Shown here one piece after another: positions 58,419-64,000 of a stretch of DNA of 64,000 nt. Each line of letters opens with the position of its first letter. Position 1 is the stretch's first letter. The stretch covers positions 5,557 to 69,556 of the forward strand of contig CAZCWQ010000002.1 in assembly GCA_964502365.1 (NCBI GenBank). The letters run 5' to 3'. The notes beneath the pieces were generated by a model that was given only the letters and a program-made list of their open reading frames with translations, ran no database searches and was not told where the DNA came from. This DNA is from an uncultured Desulfobacterales bacterium. Lineage in GTDB: Bacteria > Desulfobacterota > Desulfobacteria > Desulfobacterales > C00003060. The translations under genes and the position numbers were made by a program.

Positions 58419-58805
58419 TTACAGTCTTTCAATTACCCTTTTCAGTCTGGATTGCACTTGCTGAGCTATATTTTTTAGGTCTGGATTGTCAATGGCTTGC
58501 ATAGAGGCAACGGGATCAACTGCTGCAACCTCTATTCTGTTAGGTTCAACCTCTTGAACAACGACATTGCATGGCAGCATAGTTCCTATTTTATTTTCCG
58601 TTTGGAGAGCTTTATACGCAAAGGGTGGATTGCAGGCTCCGAGTATCCGATATTTATTGAATTCCACGTCCAATTTCTTTTTTAATGTGCTTTTAACGTC
58701 AATATCCGTGAGAATTCCAAATCCTTCCTTTTTCAATTCTTCAGTAAGTTTTGAAATGGCGTCATCGAACGGCATGGTAATTGTCTTGCTGAAATAATAC
58801 GTCAT
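58419..58805 (-). CDS. DUF302 domain protein
   Basis: The sequence FGILTDIDVKSTLKKKLDVEFNKYRILGACNP...MLPCNVVV is the typical DUF302 pattern. ATG 58805 is preceded by GAGGAGG. Confidence 0.8.
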   Translation of the reverse strand: MTYYFSKTITMPFDDAISKLTEELKKEGFGILTDIDVKSTLKKKLDVEFNKYRILGACNPPFAYKALQTENKIGTMLPCNVVVQEVEPNRIEVAAVDPVASMQAIDNPDLKNIAQQVQSRLKRVIERL

Positions 58806-59207
58806 GATATTCCTCCTCAGATTTGCTCTTTTTACCATACAACCTCGGCATGAGTGGGATGCGAAAGCCAAGCGATGATGGGGGGCCCGGCTTTTGCGGA
58901 TCTACCTTCATGCCGTTAAACGGCATCCTCCAGGCTACCTCGTGCGATTCTTACAAATCATGGCCTTCTTTTGCGCTTGATTGGCGAAGCGTTTCCTCCA
59001 GGACGGGGAGCTTTTTGATGGTCTCGCGGTCAACCCCTTCGCTCTGCGGTGCCGAATCTTTATCCGATGATGTCATTACTATTAACGTATCGCAACAACT
59101 TCAACTTTATCAAGTGTTTCTAATTCGCAGTCGTTCGCTACGGCTAAGCTGCTCATTTAAGCGGATGAAGACTGAAATAAGCTGCTGATAGGCCGCAAGA
59201 ATGCCTG

Positions 59208-61163
59208 TCAGCTTGATTGAATGGTTAGCTCTTTTTTGTTATCGCTACTATTTAGATCTACAGATTTTTCTATATCATCCTCAAAGGCAAGCAGATAAAT
59301 GATGGACCACTTGGGCTTAGGATCAATCCGCTGTTCTTCACAAAAAACATGGACCTTCCCTTTGAGATCAATGGCAAAAAGCGGAACAGCACGTTGCTTA
59401 TGCTTTGCAAGAAACTCATTGAATCCGAAATGTTGCGTAAATCTCGTGGTGCGAATTCTCCCGCCCTGCGACAGCGCTGAGGCCATATAAGCATATGTCA
59501 CCTTACTTCCAAAAAGTATTTTGCCTTGTCTTTGAGCTGGCAGTCTTGCCCTGTCCGACAGCTTTTCCTGTGGTTTGGACTGAATGGTAAACACGTTGTT
59601 TCGACCGACTTCCATCCTGTAATGCATGGCCGCAGCTACATTGACACTCTCGTGAGGAGAAAGAGCCAGCACGCGGCCGATGCCTATAAGGTCCAGGTGG
59701 CGGTCGGCATGTTCTGAAATTGGATTGCCGAAATAAGCACGCAATCCATCTGTTTTCGCCTTGGAGATCTCATCCCATCCGCTATCGGCGAGCAAAACGC
59801 TTATACCGTTTTGAACCAAAGCCTTAGCAATAGCTCGGGCCACAAAGTTTGCACCAATCATAAGAAATCCCTTTGGTTCAGGCTCGGCAACTTTCAACCA
59901 ACGAGCAATGGGGCGTGCCGTAGTGCTTTGCAGAACAACCGTAGCGATAATAACAAAAAAGGTGAGAGGGACAAGAAGTTTGGCGTCAGAGAATCCTGCT
60001 TTTTCGAGCTGAACAGTGAACAGAGCCGATATCGCGGCTGCGACGATGCCGCGTGGAGCGATCCAAGCGAGCATGTGGCGTTCAGGCCACGTTAATTTCG
60101 ACCTCACAGAAGACACCATCACATTTAGTGGGCGAGCGAGAAACTGGATAGCGATAAATAGCAATACAGCGCGCCAACCCAGGTCTTTTAGGGAGTAAAT
60201 GTCAAGACGTGCTGCCAACATAATAAAGAGCAGAGAAATTAATAGGATGCTTATGCTCTCCTTGAAATCAAGGATTTCTTCTACATCCACGCCTCTCATG
60301 TTTGCCAGCCAAACCCCCATAACCGTCACCGTTACGAGACCAGATTCAGGTTGCAGTAAATTTGATGCAATAAACGAGGCAATAACGACTGTCAGCGCAG
60401 CAACGTTATGCAGAAACTCCGGTAACCAGTGATATCTTATTGTGAGACCAAAAAGATATCCGCTACATGCGCCTATTATCGCCCCTACAGAAACCAGTTT
60501 ACCGAATGTCAACATGGTGTGGCTCAATGCATTCTGTCCACCTCCGGATATGATAAACTCATAGACCAGGACCGCCAACGACGCACCAATTGGATCAATA
60601 ACAATACCCTCCCACCGAAGGATATTTGAAACTGCCGACGTTGGGCGGATGGTGCGCAGCATAGGCACGATAACTGTAGGCCCACTCACCACCGTTATCG
60701 CTCCGAAGAGAAGGGATATTTCCCAAGACAATCCAACAGCATATCGTGCTGCCAAGGCGGTGATGAACCACGTAACCGCCATGCCAAAAGAGACCATGTT
60801 CCGGACAACGGTCTCCAATCCAACTATATCCTTGAATCTGAGAGTTAGACTTCCTTCAAAGAGAATTACGGCAACAGAAAGAGATACAAAAGGGAAAAAT
60901 AGATTTCCCAAAAGTTTTTCAGGCTTCATAAGGCCTAAGATCGCGCCCGCCACAATCCCTGTGAAAAGCAAAAAAATGATAGCTGGCAGTTTGACCCGCC
61001 AAGCTATCCATTGGCATAAAGTACAGGCTACAAGTGTACCTGCTATAATTGGCAGAACGTTTTCATACACAACAAGATTACTCCTAACACCTGGCTTCTG
61101 AAGTAAAGCCTCACGGCCGCCCCCGTCCCACATACCAATGGGCCTAATGATCAAGTACCACAA
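59208..61163 (-). CDS. CPA1-family Na+(K+)/H+ antiporter with C-terminal cytoplasmic regulatory domain
   Basis: The N-terminal about 400 aa is a multi-TM Na_H exchanger pattern (LFEGSL...GAITVVSGPTV...). The C-terminal region is soluble and TrkA-N-like (FLMIGANFVARAIAKAL). The exact start is uncertain. Confidence 0.75.
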   Translation of the reverse strand: MWYLIIRPIGMWDGGGREALLQKPGVRSNLVVYENVLPIIAGTLVACTLCQWIAWRVKLPAIIFLLFTGIVAGAILGLMKPEKLLGNLFFPFVSLSVAVILFEGSLTLRFKDIVGLETVVRNMVSFGMAVTWFITALAARYAVGLSWEISLLFGAITVVSGPTVIVPMLRTIRPTSAVSNILRWEGIVIDPIGASLAVLVYEFIISGGGQNALSHTMLTFGKLVSVGAIIGACSGYLFGLTIRYHWLPEFLHNVAALTVVIASFIASNLLQPESGLVTVTVMGVWLANMRGVDVEEILDFKESISILLISLLFIMLAARLDIYSLKDLGWRAVLLFIAIQFLARPLNVMVSSVRSKLTWPERHMLAWIAPRGIVAAAISALFTVQLEKAGFSDAKLLVPLTFFVIIATVVLQSTTARPIARWLKVAEPEPKGFLMIGANFVARAIAKALVQNGISVLLADSGWDEISKAKTDGLRAYFGNPISEHADRHLDLIGIGRVLALSPHESVNVAAAMHYRMEVGRNNVFTIQSKPQEKLSDRARLPAQRQGKILFGSKVTYAYMASALSQGGRIRTTRFTQHFGFNEFLAKHKQRAVPLFAIDLKGKVHVFCEEQRIDPKPKWSIIYLLAFEDDIEKSVDLNSSDNKKELTIQSS

Positions 61164-61246
61164 CGCTTCGGTTGATTCTTCTGGTCTATATAGCCCGTTG
61201 GTTTTCGCTTCGATTGGCGTTGCCGCTTACCCAAGAGGAAAAGGGG

Positions 61247-61720
61247 TCATCTTTGGAACCGCGGCATCTCGAAATTCTTACAGGCAATCAAGTAACGATA
61301 GCCGTATTCAATGACAGGCTCCTTTCGCTGATTGGTAATCTTGCACCTGATTGCCGCAAACCCACGGTCCGGTTTACTAGATGATCTTTGTAGCTCCGTC
61401 CACCAGGCTTCTACCGAAAGAACGTCACCCGGACGCACCGGATTGAACATTTTGACCTCATGCATGCCGACACCGCTAAGAATTGCCACATTGCCCTGCG
61501 CTTCTACGACTGCGCGAGTACAGGCCGAGAGGGTATGAAGTGAAGACGCAACCAGCCCTCCAAAAAACGATTCACCCGCTGCTTTCTCATCAATATGGAA
61601 TATTTGTGGATCAAATTTTTTTGCAAAATCGATAATAGTCTCTCGCGTCATTACCACAGGCTGACAATGAAGATGTTCGCCATCCCTTAGATCTTCGAAA
61701 TATCTCCTTTGCATTTGCAA
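61247..61720 (-). CDS. MaoC-like (R)-specific enoyl-CoA hydratase / hot-dog fold dehydratase
   Basis: 157 aa with a hot-dog pattern (FAKKFDPQIFHIDEKAA...GLVASSLHTLS...VRPGDVL). Confidence 0.75.
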   Translation of the reverse strand: MQMQRRYFEDLRDGEHLHCQPVVMTRETIIDFAKKFDPQIFHIDEKAAGESFFGGLVASSLHTLSACTRAVVEAQGNVAILSGVGMHEVKMFNPVRPGDVLSVEAWWTELQRSSSKPDRGFAAIRCKITNQRKEPVIEYGYRYLIACKNFEMPRFQR

Positions 61721-61797
61721 TTTTTCCTCGAATTAGATGCAAACGACTGGCATGAGGGGCGCGGCGGCTTTGGCCGCATCCCTTCTTGATGCCTTTG

Positions 61798-62604
61798 TTA
61801 TGCCTGCGGTTTTACTGCTTCAATAGTTGCCGAAACCACATAGTCCTCGATCTTGCTTCCCGGCATCCAGTCACGGATAAATGTCTTACTTTCAGCTTTT
61901 GGTTTGATCCGAATCTTCTCGAAGCCGGCTCGATCCAACATGGATTCGACCTCTTCGATAGAAGATGCACCTGCTATGCATCCAGTGTGGAAGGCCATAT
62001 CATTTTTTAAGTTATCTGGCAGTTCAGCGGTGGCAACAACATCGGAAATTGCCAGCCGCCCACCCGGCTTTAGTACGCGGAAAGCCTCACTAAATACCTT
62101 CTCTTTCTGAGGAGATAGATTGATCACACAATTCGAAATGATGACGTCCACAATTCCATCGGCAACCGGAAGGTTTTCCAACTCTCCCAAGCGAAAATCG
62201 ACATTCCCAAAGCCTGCCTTCTCCGCATTCCGGCGGGACTTGGTGATCATCTCCGGCGTCATGTCCACCCCTATAACCTGTCCTCTGTCCCCGACGGCCC
62301 GCGCTGCAAGGAAACAGTCGAACCCTCCGCCACTACCCAGGTCGAGCACCGTTTCGCCGGGCTGCAAAGATGCTATAGCTTGCGGATTGCCGCACCCAAG
62401 CCCCATGTTCGCTCCCTCCGGAACAGCCGCCACATCTTCACCGGAGTAACCCAGGCCAAGCGAAATGTCCTTTGCCGTCATCTCATTGGACGTTACGCAG
62501 CACGATGAGGAAGAGCAACCGCATCCTGAACGCCCTGAAATGGCAATCTTTCCGTAACTCTCCCTAACCGCACTACGAATCTCGTCATTCTTTTGCTTCT
62601 TCAT
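61798..62604 (-). CDS. arsM: Arsenite S-adenosylmethionine methyltransferase-like protein
   Basis: It has an N-terminal Cys cluster (GCGCSSSSCC), the SAM motif VLDLGSGGG, and ISNCVINL and HTGCIAGA. ATG 62604 is preceded by GAGGAGG. Confidence 0.7.
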   Translation of the reverse strand: MKKQKNDEIRSAVRESYGKIAISGRSGCGCSSSSCCVTSNEMTAKDISLGLGYSGEDVAAVPEGANMGLGCGNPQAIASLQPGETVLDLGSGGGFDCFLAARAVGDRGQVIGVDMTPEMITKSRRNAEKAGFGNVDFRLGELENLPVADGIVDVIISNCVINLSPQKEKVFSEAFRVLKPGGRLAISDVVATAELPDNLKNDMAFHTGCIAGASSIEEVESMLDRAGFEKIRIKPKAESKTFIRDWMPGSKIEDYVVSATIEAVKPQA

Positions 62605-62689
62605 GTGAACCTCCTCTATAGGGTTTATGAGCACCACTCACCCTATAGACGGGAAAAAGCGTAAAAGGACGCACATCGGCGGCCAATGA

Positions 62690-63238
62690 TTAACAAGCAT
62701 CACAAGCCTTGTCTTTTCGTTCGTAATCACAGAGCCGCCCCTTATGGTCGAACTCAAGACGGCAGCAGTCAGCCAGCATTCCTTTCAACAGGGCGCGTCC
62801 GCGTTGTACCCGTGATTTGGCGGCAGAAAGAGATATTCCTTGCACCCGGGCAACTTCCTTCTGCTTCAGCCCCTGTAATTCTGACAAAATGACTGTTTCG
62901 CGATATATATCTGGCAGCAATTGTATCATTGGTTGCAGACATGCCGACAAATCCTGAACAGCTTTTTCACTGGAATCAGACTCGGGATGTGTCAACCACC
63001 CAGGAATATCGACCATTGGTTTGTGCAAACGAAAATAGTCGATGATAGCGTTTCGCGTGATCTGGTAGAGCCAGCTTTGCAGCTTCGCCACATCCTTCAG
63101 GGAAGGCAAGGCGGTATGCGTTTTCAAGAATACATTCTGAAGGATGTCATCAGTCGCCGTGTCATTGGAAATTCTGCTTTTGATAAAAACGCGAAGCCTT
63201 GAATAATATTCAAGCCACACTTTTTCTGATGTGTTCAT
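62690..63238 (-). CDS. ECF-type RNA polymerase sigma factor with C-terminal Cys-rich extension (SigZ-like)
   Basis: It has sigma70 region 2 (DILQNVFLK...WLYQITRNAIIDYFR), region 4 (ELQGLKQKEVARVQGISLSAAKSRVQRGR) and the tail CCRLEFDHKGRLCDYERKDKACDAC. Confidence 0.8.
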   Translation of the reverse strand: MNTSEKVWLEYYSRLRVFIKSRISNDTATDDILQNVFLKTHTALPSLKDVAKLQSWLYQITRNAIIDYFRLHKPMVDIPGWLTHPESDSSEKAVQDLSACLQPMIQLLPDIYRETVILSELQGLKQKEVARVQGISLSAAKSRVQRGRALLKGMLADCCRLEFDHKGRLCDYERKDKACDAC

Positions 63239-63286
63239 CTAATTCCCTTGGGCATAATGCCCATGCTTATGTTGTGCAGTTTTTTC

Positions 63287-64000
63287 TTAAAATGCAACCA
63301 ATTGTCCGTTCTTGCCAGCTACTAGACTTGATGTAAATGCCTTAACAAGTAAAGGGTTAGCCACAAATGGCGGCAAACCCAAGGAACCAATAACTTGTTT
63401 ACAAAGCTCCATACCGGTCTGCTTGTTTTCTTCATGGGTACTTAAGACGATGTTATGAATTTTTTGCAAATAGATCATGCCTGATTCTATTCTTTGTTTT
63501 ATTTGATCTTTCCCTCGAATCGGAGCCTCCCAAGATGAAAGTAATATTTCTATGTTTTTCAACTCTGTCATTTTATTAATTGAGGCTGCGCAAGCTGCAA
63601 TATCATCGTAGAGAGGAAGGTCTCCAGGCACCGGCAGGGCATCCCCGGAAAAGAGGACTTTCTCTTCTTCAATAAATAGAGATATAGACCCAACAGAATG
63701 ACCAGGCGTATGTATTACGTTGCACTGTATGACCTCTTCTATTTCGAGAAGATCTCCGTCTTGAAGCAGACCGTCCACCGGGGTCGAACCACTGACCAAG
63801 CCATCAAAACCCGGAAGCGGTCTCTCTCGTTTCTGTCTCTGAACATCCTCAACCCAATCTCTTTCAGCGGGATGACAAAGAACCCCACAGCCTGTAGCTT
63901 CTTTAATGATTCGAGCAGAGCCAATATGGTCAGGGTGAGAGTGAGAAAGAATTAACGTAGATATCTCATGAGGATCCCTATCATTTTTCCTAATATAATC
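63287..64000 (-). CDS. MBL-fold metallo-hydrolase, 5' end beyond the window
   Basis: The frame stays open to position 64000 and translates as ...LILSHSHPDHIGSA...HTPGHSVGSISLF...GDALP (HxHxDH motif). The ORF track only reports the part after an internal TTG. Confidence 0.75.
   Translation of the reverse strand, partial: DYIRKNDRDPHEISTLILSHSHPDHIGSARIIKEATGCGVLCHPAERDWVEDVQRQKRERPLPGFDGLVSGSTPVDGLLQDGDLLEIEEVIQCNVIHTPGHSVGSISLFIEEEKVLFSGDALPVPGDLPLYDDIAACAASINKMTELKNIEILLSSWEAPIRGKDQIKQRIESGMIYLQKIHNIVLSTHEENKQTGMELCKQVIGSLGLPPFVANPLLVKAFTSSLVAGKNGQLVAF

Noticed and set aside
58951-59076. A 41-codon minus-strand ORF (MTSSDKDSAPQSEGVDRETIKKLPVLEETLRQSSAKEGHDL) between the antiporter gene and the DUF302 gene.
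   Set aside because: It has no Shine-Dalgarno and no recognisable family, and it is short enough to arise by chance. I note it only in case Ribo-seq data exist.
1-64000. I searched by eye for CRISPR arrays, rRNA/tRNA genes, transposases, integrases, reverse transcriptases (retron, DGR, group II intron) and prophage genes.
   Set aside because: I found no spaced short-repeat array, no conserved rRNA/tRNA signatures and no ORF with recombinase or RT motifs. The only repeats are the two families reported above.

Overview
This 64 kb window looks like chromosomal DNA from an anaerobic, selenocysteine-using bacterium. The gene content (periplasmic Sec-containing formate dehydrogenase, DsbD-type redox proteins, many radical SAM enzymes, PaaK/LivGF) suggests Desulfobacterota/Deltaproteobacteria, but that is inference only. 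Most of it is densely packed core genes that I recognise from the translations.

Main gene groups:
- Envelope modification and stress block: arnA-like 3' end, arnD, arnT, malic enzyme, two htrA/degP paralogs, mprF, uspA, an orphan histidine kinase and mgtE.
- Periplasmic redox block: a rhodanese-DsbD-thioredoxin fusion, a small thioredoxin-fold ORF and a DUF362 protein.
- Archaemetzincin, a menA-like/yidD-like/TPR operon and an SH3b protein.
- A tlpA-like plus DUF89-like gene pair flanked by a repeat.
- paaK-livF-livG, dacB, PEBP, EamA and a hybrid PAS kinase.
- A low-GC patch: a DUF4143 AAA ATPase followed by two or more unrecognisable genes.
- An operon of B12-radical SAM, TPR protein, rnc and an ELP3-like radical SAM.
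- rmuC, trkAH, hisS and aspS.
- fdnG(Sec)-fdnH-fdhE-moaA-zinc ribbon-queD.
- An APC permease fused to two Usp domains, DUF302 and a CPA1 antiporter.
- maoC-like, arsM-like, sigZ-like and a partial MBL hydrolase.

I found no rRNA, tRNA, CRISPR array, transposase or integrase.

The most interesting signals, in order:
1. Two in-frame UGA codons five codons apart, exactly in the rhodanese active-site loop of the DsbD fusion. This is a candidate U-x4-U double-selenocysteine site. A further in-frame UGA lies in the neighbouring small thioredoxin-fold ORF, and the window also carries a textbook Sec codon in fdnG.
2. A 30-nt conserved motif present three times upstream of uspA, htrA and a sensor kinase.
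3. A low-GC cassette of unrecognisable genes with its own promoter and palindromes.
4. A repeat flanking the tlpA/DUF89 pair.

All functional calls come from reading the translated ORFs and the DNA by eye. No database search was run.
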